In this document: piece by piece, positions 43,884 to 57,341 of the stretch
How positions within the stretch are numbered: the first letter of the stretch is position 1
Layout: every line of letters starts with the position of its first letter
Assembly: GCF_009914755.1 (NCBI RefSeq)
Contig: NC_060936.1
Strand: one strand, 5' to 3'
DNA length: 64,000 nucleotides
Source: the human T2T-CHM13v2.0 reference genome, Homo sapiens
The notes under the pieces: model-generated
Seen by the model: only the letters and a program-made list of their open reading frames with translations
What the model was told of the DNA's origin: nothing
Database searches by the model: none
Position numbers and translations under genes: made by a program

Positions 43884-45600
43884 TGATTTAGGAGTTAAAA
43901 AGAAATTAGGCAGATAATGAGAGTATGGAAATCCTTGGTTAGGTTTTCTTTTCATGAAAAACAGCTCCCAGATCGTTTTCTTTTCTAACTAAAAGCAGCC
44001 TGTAAAACTGGGCTGCAGACATAAACAAGCAAGCTAGAAGCTGGCACAGGTGAATGCTGGCAGTTGTGCCTATAGGAGAAAATGCTACCTGGGACCAGAC
44101 ATGATCAAAATGGTGGCTCCATCTGCTCTTTGTCAGCCATGTGTACAGTAAGGAGCAGACAAGATGGCGCTGGCTGAGTGGAAAGCCCATTTACATAATA
44201 AGATTAGGGTGGGGTGACCAGCCTTCTCTGTGCTACGTAAACATCATATCTGGTTGAACCAATCTGTGGGTCCTGGTAAATCAGACACTGCCTCCTCAAG
44301 CCTACCTATAAAATTGGCTGCAGTCTGCTGCTTTTCCCCTTTTGGATGTCTCTATCACAAGAGAGAGACAGCTGCTCTTCTCTCTCTTTTCTTCTGCCTA
44401 TTAAAATTTTCACTCCTTAACCCAATCCATGTGTGTGTGTCTGTGTCATTAGACTTCTCAGTGGGAGATCATGAACCCCAGGTATTGGGGGAACCAGCCC
44501 CCAGTGTTTCAACGTAGGTTCTTTTATATTTTCCCTAAGTGTCGGCCAGTCTGAGAAATAAACAGAAAGAGTACAAAAGAGAGAAATTTTACAGCTTGGT
44601 CTTGGGGGTGACATCACATGTTGGCAGGTTCCGTGATGCCCCCAAGCCGCAAAACCAGCAAGTTTTTATTAACGATTTTCAAAGGGGAGGGAGTGTACGA
44701 ATAGGGTATGGGTCACAGAGATCACATGCTTCAAAAGGCAATAAAATATCACAAGGCATATGGGGGCAGAGCAAGATCACAAGGCCAGGGTGAAATTAGA
44801 ATTGCTGATGAGGTTTCATGTCCCACTGTGCATGCATTGTCATTGATAAACATCTTAATAGGAAACAGGGTTTGAGAGCAGACAATCGGTTTGAGTAGAA
44901 TTTGCCAGGCTGGAATTTCCTAATCCTAGCAAGCCTGAGGGTGCTGCAGGAGACCAGGGTGTATTTTATCCCTTATCTTCAACTGCATAAGACAGACACT
45001 CCCAGAGCAGCCATTTTAGAGGCTTCCCCCTGGGAATGCATTCTTTTCCCAGGGCTGTTCCTTGCTGAGAAAAAGAATTCAGCGATATTTCTCCTATTTG
45101 CTTTTGCAAGGAGAGAAATATGACTCTGTTCTGCCCGGCCCCACAGGCAGTCAGACCTTATGATTATCTCGCTTGCTCCCTGAAAATCACTGTTATCCTG
45201 TTCTTTTAGGATGCCCAGATTTCATATTGTTCAAACACACATGTTTCACAAACAATTGGTAAAGATAACGCAATCATCACAGGGTACTGAGGTGACACAC
45301 ATCCTCAGTTTACAAAGATGACGAGATTAAGAGATTAAAATAAAGACAGGCATAGGAAATTATAAGAGTATTGATTGGGGAAGTGATAAATGTCCATGAA
45401 ATCTTCACAATCTATGTTCAGAGATGGCAGTAAAGACAGGCGTAAGTAATTATAAAAGTATTAATTTGGGGAACTAATAAATGTCCATGAAATCTTCACA
45501 ATTTATGTTCTTCTGCTGTGGCTTCAGCCGGTCCCTCCGTTCAGGGTCCCTGACTTCCTGCAACACCCAGGTATTTAGCCCAGACAATGACGTCGCTTCA
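43884..45600 (+). mobile_element. MER51-like solo LTR split by MER11 (parts 43884-44482 and 45566-45600)
   Basis: TGATTTAGGAGTTAAAAAGAAATTAGGCAGATA start, CCTATAAAA box, ends CAGACAATGACGTCGCTTCA. Confidence 0.78.
44483..45565 (-). mobile_element. MER11 (HERV-K11/HML-8) solo LTR
   Basis: Minus strand starts TGTTGCAGGAAGTCAGGGACCCTGAACGGAGGGACCGGCTG; perfect 6-bp TSD CCCAGG. Confidence 0.92.
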
Positions 45601-45900
45601 TTGGGAGTGTAAGAGATCATAATGTGACTTTATGTTAAAATGACACTATGTATAGATAAGATAATTACAGTAAGATGTAAATTATATGGGATTAATTTAG
45701 ACTCTGGATAGAAGATGAGAACCATGTGTCTACCTAGATAAAGGCATAAAGAGATCATGGTGCAGATGAGTTGGTAGAGGGAATCCTTTGGGAATTTTGG
45801 GAGCAGCAGAACAGTATATACTTCCAGACTCATTCAGAGCTAGCATGTAACCTCAACCCAAGTGAAAAAGATGACTTTTTTTTGGCCAAAGAAACTTGAA

Positions 45901-46221
<321 letters not shown>

Positions 46222-46379
46222 TTATTTTGAACCAGATATACATGTAGGTTGAAATACAGAAGAAAACGCCAAATTTTAACTTATAAAGAGAATGAATAAA
46301 CAAATCTGTTAACAAGGTGGCCTTGACTGGGCTGACACAATTATAGTAAACAGATGCATAACTGCTGTTGCCACATGGG

Positions 46380-46716
46380 TGTTAACACCCATCTGCTTAT
46401 CCCCATACCTAAAGGTGATTTGAAATTGAGACTGATGGTATCACACACACACCAAGAAAATGTGAAAAGATTCATTATTCATGTATGAGGCTTTCTGGGA
46501 AGACAAGGGCTGGTCTGAAATGGCTTTGGTTTTTGCTGTGATTAAGGGGTGGGGGCAGGTTTTTGTGGTTTGAACTTCCCCCTGAGCTAAAACAGGGAGA
46601 TGGAGCTTTCTCATTAGTTTTCCTAGAAGTGGGACAAGTCAGAAGGGGAGAGAGCTAGGACTTGAAAACTTTCAGCAGCAAAACATCAAAAATGGAATGA
46701 GACTCTAATGATAACA
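46380..46716 (-). mobile_element. Old solo LTR (family unresolved)
   Basis: TGTTA...TAACA inverted termini and LTR-like composition. Confidence 0.5.
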
Positions 46717-46763
46717 TCCATCTCCTCACTTTCATACTTTTAAAGTTAAGAAAGTTTGCATTC

Positions 46764-47069
<306 letters not shown>

Positions 47070-47680
47070 TCAAGGTAATGGATCTGAGAGTGTACTTTGA
47101 AGAAATGAAAGTTTATAACGTAAAATTATAACCCCTGGAGAGAACCTGGAGCTCTCAGGTGGTCGTAATTAAGGTAGAGGGCTTGGTGTTTTAGAATGAA
47201 GAGACAAAATTTGAATATCAAGGTTTTTTCCTATATTAAAATAATTTTTATACACTTATCTCTTAATTTTACTACTTCATTATTTTACAAATCTTTCTTA
47301 TTATTTAAATGAAGGTACCTTCCATAGAGTACAAATTTCTATGACTTGAGGCCAGAGGACTTACTAATTACTCGCTGCAGATTTTCTTGTAGTATTTATG
47401 ACCCACATAGTTGAATGTCTCACACGAAGTGCTTTTGCCAAAGATATCAAGGACAAAGGAAGTTGGAACTTTAAATTTATAAAGGTCTCATTTGTAATTT
47501 AAATCTGCCACTAAGTGGAAGAAATAATGTGATTAGAAATAGGTGATGGGAAACTAGAAAAAACAAATGATAACTGAACATTTTAAAGGAAGATTAGTTC
47601 TATTTTCTGGCTGGCTTTTAAAAAAGGATGTAAATGGAATTTTAGGTAACTAGCATAGGATGTTTTATGGTAGGTGAAAG

Positions 47681-47885
47681 AAACTATAGCTTGCAGGCCA
47701 AATCCAACCCACTGTCTGCTTTTGTATGCCTCACAAGCTAATAATGGCATTGACATATTCAAATGATTACATTTTATGTAGTTATCTAAGTATCTGTATA
47801 ATAGTCTCAATTTTACTTCTTGTCCTGCGGAGCCTAAAATATTTACTATCTTGCCCTCTACTGAAGTAAAATTTGCTGACCTCAG
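47681..47885. mobile_element. MER58A-like hAT MITE
   Basis: AAACTATAGCTTGCAGGCCAAATCC...GCCTAAAATATTTACTATCT...TTTGCTGACC. Confidence 0.75.
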
Positions 47886-50800
47886 TTTAAGGGCTAGAAT
47901 TTTGAGAAATAAGAAAAACGGTCAGAATTGAAGGAACAAAATAATGAGGGAGAAAATCTGCTTCAAGGTAGTATATATGTGTTTAGGACCTTTCCTTGTA
48001 ACATGTGAAATATTATAATCTTAGTATTATCTCTTACAGAATTGCAGTAGGCCATGTGGAGAATCCCACAGTTGCTTTTTAACTGTGTGGCCAGGATCCA
48101 GTGAGGTCTTATAATATGGTACTGTTGTTCATACTTGATTGTTTCTATAGAAACAGGTCTTCATAAGGAAGACTTCAAAGAAGCAAGGACCTCAGTCAAG
48201 TTATGGAGGAAGAAGACTTCACCAAAGGCAAGTGAACCACATGAACGGCCTGAGCCAAATAATACATTATTAGCATAGATGCATTTAGCATAAACCCTGT
48301 GGCAGCTTAGCCAACTGACCTTAGTCCATATGTGCTGGTCAGGAGGGGATAAAAAAGTATGCTGATGGGCCCCAGTGGGTTTTTTTTGATGGGAAAGCTG
48401 AGGTGAGGATGTGACTATCTCAGACAAAGAAATGTTCGCTGCTTACCAAATGAAACATAACTGAGTTTTGCATGTGCCAGACAGCATAGTAAAGGGCTGG
48501 TGCCAATCTTGGGTAGGCAGCATTAGATCTGCTGCCCCAAATTCCAGTCTGAGGTCAGCACCAAGGAGGAATTTGTGGAGGAGCCTACTTCAGACTCATG
48601 TCCTCATTCACAGGCTCAAAATATCCCTCCTGGTAGCTGGTTCCAATAGGCTCTACTTGGAGAACATTTCCATGAGACAGGTTTTAGATATAAGCAGTTC
48701 TTTAGCAAGTTGCAATTATTTAGCAGTGCAGAAACGGTCAATATGGCATTAGGACAAACATACCTACTCACATGAAAATCTAGTAGCTTTAAAACTAAAT
48801 AGTACACCATTTAATTCAATACTGTGGCGCCAAAGGAAATAAAAATTAAGAGATTCGGATGGATGTAAAAGAAAGGTTCCCCAAATAAAACTAGTGACTA
48901 CAGTTGCAAATTACTAAACTTTGCAAGAAGGGAACAATTTCTCAAATGCCATTCTCTGCAAAAAGCAAATAGAGTGAACTGGAGGTTTTTCTTCAGACAT
49001 GATACATTTATCATGCAAAACATAATTTCTTTCTGAGAGATTTTTTTCAAAATCTTTTCATGTTTGCAGGTCACAGGTTCTGAAGAACTGGCACCAGACT
49101 ATTTTCTCTGTCTTCCCGCAGTTGAAACTACTGAGTCTGTGGTTACTCCAGGTGTTACATTTGGGGAATACTATCTAGTTTGGGATAACAATTTAGGTCC
49201 AAAGAATAATGGTTTGTTTTCTAAATTTCATGCACATGGGTCACTGCTGTGACAGTCTTTCCTTTCCTATTAACTTTTTTTCTGTAACAGTGAGTTTCTT
49301 AACGGATGTGACATGGAATTGATGTAACTTCAGAGACCTTTTCCAATCAGGGACAGTACCGGTTGCAGCTCCTCAAAGAACTCCACCAACACATTAAGAT
49401 ATATTAGAGACAGCAGAATTGAAATTTGAGGAAGAAGAAATTGGAACATAGTTCCTTTGAACTTTATCTCACAAGGTCAAGAAAATTTGATTTCTAACTT
49501 TAACCCCTTTGGTTTTTTAATGTCTGTGGACTTTAGCTTGCAAATGAATTTATTTTTGAAGTTTAAATTCTTCCTGTGAATTTTAAAGTGAAAATAGTTT
49601 ACTTGCAAATTTGAAGCATCTCTGTAATGCTAAAATTTTATTTTTAGAGTGATTTAATGTCATTTGATTTCATTGCGTAACCTTGAATAGATTATGTTGG
49701 ATAATACTGCTGTACATAATTTGAGGTGAGATTTCCATCTCTCACCTCAGACTGCAGAGTAAACTTTTGGTCTTAGGTGCAGAGTGGCTTAAAAGTTGAT
49801 TAAATTAGTTTTTTATATCCATTTCAGAGGCTTCTGGGAAAAATCTGTGCAGCCCACTACAGTCCTAGAAAAGTACCCAAAAGGATAGTGGTTGGTATTA
49901 GGTACAGCAGACCTGTTTGGATTTATTGCTATTCTCATCCCCCAGGGATAAGTCACAGGCTTTGTATACTATACACTTAATGGTTGAGTTCAGAAGATTT
50001 AGAAAGAGAAACTGGGAGATGGGAGTGGGTTGGGGGAAATGCTTCTTTCTGACTTCCTTCCAAAGAAAGTCAATTCTATTAGATCATGGACACCATCCAT
50101 GCCCTTACTAGCTCATGGACTCCATCCATCAACTTACTCATTGCATGTAGAGACCTGAAGTAACATATGTGGTTGTGGATTTTGGGAGGAGAAGTAGGGC
50201 AAGTGTAGCCCAGACTCTTCCTCCTTTCTTTGGGTGTGAGACTGCCTTCTGACTGCAACCACTGGTACTACTTCATTTATGCCCAACGTTTTCCAGGTCC
50301 TTCAGTGAAGAGATTTTTCTGGGCTTGAGAATCAAAGTTCATCTAATTCTGGGATATAAGTCATATTCTCCAACATCAGTCTTATAAAAAATAAAGGTGA
50401 CATGCATGTTGGGTTCTTTAATAAATGATTATTTTACTTTGTACCTTAATTTGTTCAGCACTTTGTTGGGAAATGGATCATGTTTCTTCCAAAAAGGGTA
50501 GTTTCTTTGGCATAATTTATTATCTTTGGATAATAAATGGATCCTTTCAAAGATCCCAAAACTCACTATGCCAGAACTGCTTATAATATACACTTCCTGC
50601 CTCTACTTTGTCTTACCCTGGTTTATTTCCTTAAATGCGAATGCATCATATGGTGAACTTGATCAATATGCAATATTTGACTGTTTCTACATGGACAAAT
50701 TTACCACATATTTTAATTGTACTGTACCTTGTAAACAATATTCTGATTGTTGGTTGTCACAAAAAATGTAAGGGCCCTAAATCCTCTGCTGTGTTCTCTG

Positions 50801-50924
50801 CATCTTGTTCTTAACCTTACCTCCTAATGCTGCCCTCACTCTTGAAATTTCTCACTCTTTGAAATGCCTAAGGCAAGAAAAAAAATTCCCTAGATTCTCT
50901 TAGTCATAAAATGCTACAGGCACA

Positions 50925-51930
50925 TTAAAGATGCTCAGCATCATTGCTAATCAAATAAATAAAAATGGAAATAAATATTACAGTATGGCTATTAGGCAAG
51001 CAAAATTTAAAAACCTGGTTAGTGCCAAATATTAGTAGGGATATGCAGACATAGAAATTCTCTTGTACTGCAGGAGATAGTGTAGGAGTGTAGGGCCACA
51101 CTCCAGAGAGCAATCTAGTAATAGGTAATGAGAGTAAATACTGTATACACACACACTTTGATTCAAAAATATTCTTTTTGCATATAAACCCAAGAAAATT
51201 CCCATACAGTTCCATAAGGAAACATGTATAAAAACATTTATTACTTTTGGTGGTAGAAAGTTAAAGGGTACCTGGTTATCTGCAGAAGCAAGAAACAAGT
51301 AGCTTTCCAGAAACAAGAGAAAGTTTGGAAGACTAATTCTTGTTTTCATCAAAGGAGTAAAATGAGCACAATTTGCTGGCCCCTTCCCATGTAAAACCCT
51401 GAAAGTTCTGGGAAAAATAGAAGAAGGCAGACCAACACAGAATCACACAAAAAACTGGTACAAAACTGTAGATATCCCAAACAGGAACATTTAATAAACT
51501 GTAGGAAATAAAAAGAAGCTCACAGTAAAAAAAATCATGAGATGTCTAGACATACTATTAGGAAAATAAAGCAAAGATAATAAATTATGCCAAAGAAACA
51601 CTCTTATTGGAAGAAACATGATGAAAGAGACTAAAACAATAATATGTCATTGGAAAAATTAGGGCACCATTAAAAATAAAAAATAGTTATGAAGAAATGG
51701 AAATATTGGACATGAAAAATATACTTGCCAAAATAAAGACATTGATTTAGAGGGAAGATAATATTTGAAGAATAATGCTAAAACATTTTTCAGAGCTAAA
51801 GAAAGACATAAGATATAAGAGTGTGTAGCCAAACATATAAGAACAATTTATAATTGGGCACATCAAAAATTACAAGAGCATCTTAAAATTTCCAATAGAG
51901 AAAAAGCAAATAATTTTCACAGAAATGAAA
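50925..51930 (+). mobile_element. Ancient L1ME/L1M fragments
   Basis: AAAGATGCTCAGCATCATT... ORF2 3' motifs and an A-rich ORF1-like block. Confidence 0.55.
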
Positions 51931-52299
51931 ATTATACATTTATTCAACAATGATTTATAGAATGTTTGTTATAGGCTAGGAATTTTCTAGATTCTTATGA
52001 TAATTTCAAATAAACTAAGATCCCTGTCCTTGTGGAATTTACATTGAGGTAAGGGAGATGAAGAGACTATAAATAATAAACATAATAACAGGAGAAATTA
52101 AAACAGAGTAAGGGGATTAGAAGTACCATGGAGAGGAGCTTGGGTGATGAGAAGATTGGTTTTAAAATATACTCATCACAAGAGTCATCCATCTCTTCTA
52201 GCCATTATCCCTTTATGGGTAACCATTATGCTAACTTACAGCAGCATACATTTTTTCCAGTTTGTGTAATCATTTATATTTAATGATTATATGCATACT

Positions 52300-54680
52300 T
52301 AACTTGTCAGTTTGACATGTCTGGTGGGTTATTTTAGGTTTACTGACTGGCAATTCCAGTTGCTGCTGCTGTTCCAGATGTTATCTTACTACAGGTGTGG
52401 ATAACACAGAACTTAGTACTTGATATGCAGAAATTAGAATGTTATTTTTCTCCCTACCAATAAACTGAGAATTCCAGGGCAACATGCTTTCACCAAGCAG
52501 GGACAGCAATATTCTTTCACTATATTGATTCAGTTCTACATTACTTCTCTGGCTCTACGCCACAATTCAGTCATGAGAAAACATGATCACCTTTCTGTTC
52601 AACAGGGCACCATTCTGCTTCACTACTTGGATAAAATCATGCTTATAGGACTTAATTTATAAGAAGTAGCAGATACCTAGATGCTTGTTAAAGTACATAC
52701 ACATGGAAGAGGATGAAAGAAGGACCCCCCCAAAATTCAGAAGCCTACATTTTCAGTGATATTTCTAGAGGTTGCCAGTCTGAGGATGTTAGCATATCAC
52801 ATAAAAGTTTTCTGCACTTGCGTCACCTACCAAAATGAAAGGAGCGTGTTGTTAGGTAAGATGTTTTGAACCTTGAAGGTAATATGTACAACACTTACTT
52901 TGCTTCCCTAATCTGTAATGCTGTTAGTTTTGAATATCCAAGAGCAATAGAAGATCAAAACTGGTTCAGGCAGGAATACAAGCATTTCAGTCTCTTGGCT
53001 TTGATGAGATGGCACATCCGGTCACACTCAAAGTATCTGTGGCTTATTGGGATGCCATTTGGAACTTCTATCAAACTTATATAGGAAAGTCACCGGACAG
53101 TTTTTTTAAGGGTTTAAAGCAAAGCCATGACCTCTTTGGAAATTGCTATTTTGCTTTTGTAAATCAGATTTGGCTTGCTTTGAATACCTGATAGAGAACA
53201 CCAAAGAATTACCTGAAATGATCTGAGTTGTATATTAGCCTATCAAAGACGTTGATGTCTATGGAAAAAATGCTTTGCAAAGTTAAAATCTCATTTTCTA
53301 AAATTATGGTATGTCTTCTGAAACTAAGACAAAATACTTATTCTTCTAAGACCATAAGAGCTAGGTCTGAGAACTAAGGAGTAGAAATGGGAGTGGTACC
53401 TTTACTATTACACCTAATTACTCACTTGAAAAATATTTGCTCCTCACTCTTTTGCCTTAGAGGTCTTAGTTCCCAAGGGAAAAATGCTTCCACCAGAGAA
53501 AACAACAGAGATTCCACTGAGCTAGGAAGTTGAGACTGCCACTTGTTTGTCTTGACCTCCTCTTGTACTAAGTCACATAAAAAGTAAAGATACTCTAATC
53601 AATGGGGTGATTTTGTAACCGCCTTTGCAAAATTATGACAGTAAAACAAATCTGACATAGTTGACTCCATCTTGCTTCTGTCCTCTAAGCTGCCCTTGGT
53701 CATTTCTGGGCATAGGCCAACCTAACTTTGGGAGGAATTTAATTTAGAGTTTAACTTAAAAGCAAAGATGATAATAGTCCCTCCCTAAAACCTGCTCAGG
53801 AATCTACAACTGCCTTTGTAAGAGTAACGAAAGGCCACAAGAATAGGATGATAGGAGGGCCCTGAACTCTGCTGAAATGTAGGCATGGCTTCTATAATCC
53901 CTTACTGCTCAGGTATCATGTGGCTGGAGGTCACAAGATTTGTGACCTCCTCAATTTCTCCTATAGATAACATCACTATAGTAGAACCTAAAATTGATCT
54001 TTTGAGATTCTTTTTCAATTTTTTTTGGAAACTGACCGACTCCATCTGGACCTGTGATTCATAACTCAGCCATCCTGTGGCTCCACCCAGAGACAGACTT
54101 GGTACACAAGGACTGTTTTCTAAACCCCTATGATTTCAGCCCCAACCAATGAGAAGTACCCATTCCCTAGCTCCCTGCCCACCAAATTGTCCGTAAAAAC
54201 TCTAATTTTTGAACCTTTGGGGAGACTGATTTGAGTAATAACTCTGTCTCCCACGTGGCTGGCCTCATGTCAATTAAACTCTTTCTATACTGCAATGCTG
54301 TGGTTTCAGTAAATTAATTTTGTTGGGGGAAGAAGGCAGGAAAAACCCACTGGGTAATGATAACTAATCCTGATTACCAAGGGGACACAGGATAGCTACT
54401 ACACAAAGAAGCATGGAAGTGTATGTCTAAGATCCAGGAAATCCTCCCAGAAACTACAAATATTGAAGAGGTAAAATTTAATTAAAGGTGCAGCAACCAC
54501 ACGGGAGGAGGACATTTAGGATTCAGATACCTCAGGAATGAAGGTTAGAATCACATGTCAGGTAACAAAACTTGATCAGCTGGAGTGCTGACTGAGGTCA
54601 AAGGAAACATCAAATAGGTAGCAGAATAATGAAGTTAGAAATACTAATTGCATCATAAATACTAATTACAGTCTGTGTCC
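52300..54680 (+). mobile_element. ERV-L internal fossil (pol RT and dUTPase-like remnants) split by LTR8
   Basis: Frame from 52480: QHAFTKQGQQYSFTILIQFYITSLALRHN...LLHYLDKIMLIG (ERV-L RT-like); from 53460: EVLVPKGKMLPPEKTTEIPL. Confidence 0.8.
53614..54362 (+). mobile_element. LTR8-family solo LTR
   Basis: TGTAACCGCCTTTGCAAAATTATGAC...GACTCCATCTTGCTTC start; ATTAAACTCTTTCT near the end. Confidence 0.85.
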
Positions 54681-55009
54681 AGCTGCAAAGACCAAGACTA
54701 AATAAGATATCTGTATTTTCTCCTTGATTTACTATGCATTTATGAGTATTAATCAGTTTCCCTTTTTTCTTATATTTCCCCACATTTTGTATGTGTGTTG
54801 GTGGTAGGTAAGTTTATTATTTAGTGAATCACTCCAAATATTTCAAGACAAAATTGTGACCGAGATAAAGGAAAAAAGAACAGCTCTCAAAAAATAATAT
54901 AACGACTGATTTTACCCAGAGAAGAGGAAGACAGTTACATTTTTTTGCTACATATGCATTATGTTATGTAGGAGCAATTAGTGTTTATTCCATTCCTTAT
55001 TTTCTCATT

Positions 55010-55436
55010 TGTTAATTTTTAATTGACCATCTACTATAGGCCAGGTACAGTTCTAAGTACTGGAAGTATCACAATTAACAAGTATAAGCATTGCACTCAA
55101 GGGTCTACATCTTAGTGGGGAGAGAAGACAATAAATACCATAAATAGAGAAAACGCATAGAGTGCTAGCATGATGTTAAGTGCTATAAAAAGTAGAAAAG
55201 GATTGGGAGATTCTTAGTGAGGGAAGTTGAGGGGGATACAATTTAGGTAAATTGAGCAGGAAAGGCCTCACTGATTTGGTGACATTTGAAGTAACATATC
55301 CTGAAGGACATGAGGTAAGGAGCCTTTTGAATAGCAGGAGAAGACATTCCAGGTGGGGAGTGGGCAGTAAGGCCCTGAGGTGGGAGCGTGCTTGACATAT
55401 TGAACAACTAGAAGACAAGAATGGCTAGAAAAAAAT

Positions 55437-55471
<35 letters not shown>

Positions 55472-55550
55472 TGTAAGGGAATTAATTCAGAGAATTATAA
55501 GGAAGCCAGATTGCCACTTGTTAGTCATTCTGATGACACTGGATTTAAAC
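55010..55550 (-). mobile_element. L2 3' fragment
   Basis: CTACTATAGGCCAGGTACAGTTCTAAG, GGAAAGGCCTCACTGA, ACATTCCAGG. Confidence 0.7.
55439..55468. repeat. (TG)15 microsatellite
   Basis: Perfect dinucleotide run. Confidence 0.97.
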
Positions 55551-56132
55551 TGGAAGAAGAAAAAAAAATTTAAGAAGATAATTCATTGCTAATGTCAAAA
55601 GTTAATAATGGAAAGAATGATATATATTGATGTAGCCAGAGGTAAGAATCATGGTAAATAACAGAGTAACTCACTCAACATCTTTCCAATTCCATTCCAT
55701 TGAGCTTTTTGTATGTTAAAGTTTGAAATTCATACTTTCCCACTAATATTTTCTTATAGCTCTCTTTTGAGGAGTGGTTTGATTTCTGCCAATCACATGC
55801 ATTTGTGTAAGGTTTGAATCTGTACTGTTTTATTTAGGGAGATGGTGTCACCTTAGATGTCTGTTGCAGATTCAGCAGATGCTATATAGCTCTGGCGACA
55901 TCAGCTATGGCAATGGCTTCCTGGTCCCCAGATTGAAGGTAAGGCAGCATTCAACATAAGCCAACAGTTCTGTTGGTACCTTCTGGTAAGACTTTATCTT
56001 AGGTAAGACTATGTCTTCCATCAGAAAGCAGTCCTAGCTGTGGAGTCTCGATCTCCAGATCACAGCTAAGGTAGTGTGTTTGGGAAAGCAATAGTTGGAA
56101 ATAATGGCTTCCCATTTCCTCAGCGACCCTAC

Positions 56133-56523
56133 TGTCTTTAGTTCATTTTCTGTTGTTGTTACAGAATACCAGAGACTGGGTAATTTATAAAGAAAAGTCA
56201 TTTATTTCTCACAGTTTCAGAGGCTGGGAAATCCAAGAGCATGATACCAGCATCTGTCAAGGGTGTTCATTCTGCACTGTAACATGTCGGAATGGCAAAT
56301 GGGCGTGCAAGACAAAGAGGAAATTGGATTTAACTCATTCTTTTTATCAGGAAGCAACTCCTGTGATAACCAACCCTCCACTCCCATGGTAATGACATTA
56401 ATCCATTTATGAGACCAGAGCCCTTATGGCCTAATTACCTCTTAAAGGCCTTACCTCTTAATACTGTTACAATAACAATTGAATTTTAATATAAGTTTTG
56501 GAGGGGACATGCAAACCATGGCA
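56133..56523 (-). mobile_element. MaLR solo LTR (MSTB/C-like)
   Basis: GACTGGGTAATTTATAAAG...TTTTGGAGGGGACATGCAAACCATGGCA; TSD CCTAC/ACTAC. Confidence 0.85.
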
Positions 56524-57341
56524 ACTACTGTTCTTGGAGGGCAGTCCCTTGATAGACCAGTTCTGTGATGTGGTTCTAGTTATTCCTGGAAACTTATCCT
56601 AGAATCAACTCTGCCAGCTGTTAAAAGGATTTTGGAAGCACTGAATTCCTTTTGGCTTTTTTCACAAGAGGCTCTCTATTGCTTGAAATTGAACCGATGG
56701 AAGTTGAAGGTTTCTTTCACTCTTGGAGATACCAGTATGATATGTTATTTGAATCTGTACTCTTTGACCAACCCAAAGACCTTAAATAAAAAACAAAATA
56801 GAAACCTCCAAAGAGATGGAGGAGGGCACACTATAATTTGAATACATGGTATAACATGATAATACAAAACCTCAAAGCTAGTGAGAAAAAATAAATTAAT
56901 AAACTCTCATTCTAGAGGAATATAAAAAGACATTTTATAAGCATGAATTTGTGAGCTTTAGACAAATAGGGTAATTTTTCTGCTATGCTATGATATCATT
57001 ATGCCTGCTCTAGTGTCCAGATTTTGATCTTCAATACTTTCCTTTAAATAGTATCAGAGCTTTTTAGAGAATAAGAAAATCTATATTTTAATATTCTAAG
57101 TAAGTCTACAAACATTTTATCATTGTCAAAAACAAGGATGCTTTTGGAAAGTACATGAAAGGATAAAAATGCAAGTCTGGAAAGAAACTGCTAGAAGTAG
57201 TGACAAATTGAAAACAATGATTAAATTACAACTTGTTTTATCTGTGAGATGTCCATGATGATATTTAATGAAGACACATATTATTAATAATTGTATTAGA
57301 GGAAAGCCTGTCAAGAACTGTGAAGGAGCTGTGATATTACT

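Noticed and set aside
45330-45510. ~86-bp repeat inside MER11
   Set aside because: I recall such repeats as part of MER11 consensi; not locus-specific
49333-49400. Minus-strand peptide LNVLVEFFEELQPVLSLIGKGL* that looks protein-like
   Set aside because: Only 22 codons, no acceptor AG or start codon upstream, no family recognised
50640-50658. AATGCATCATATGGTGAA resembling the 26963 duplication unit
   Set aside because: Short, gapped, AT-rich match with no extension; likely coincidence
50526-50771. 81-aa ORF with a hydrophobic stretch and cysteines
   Set aside because: No promoter, splice or homology support; length expected by chance
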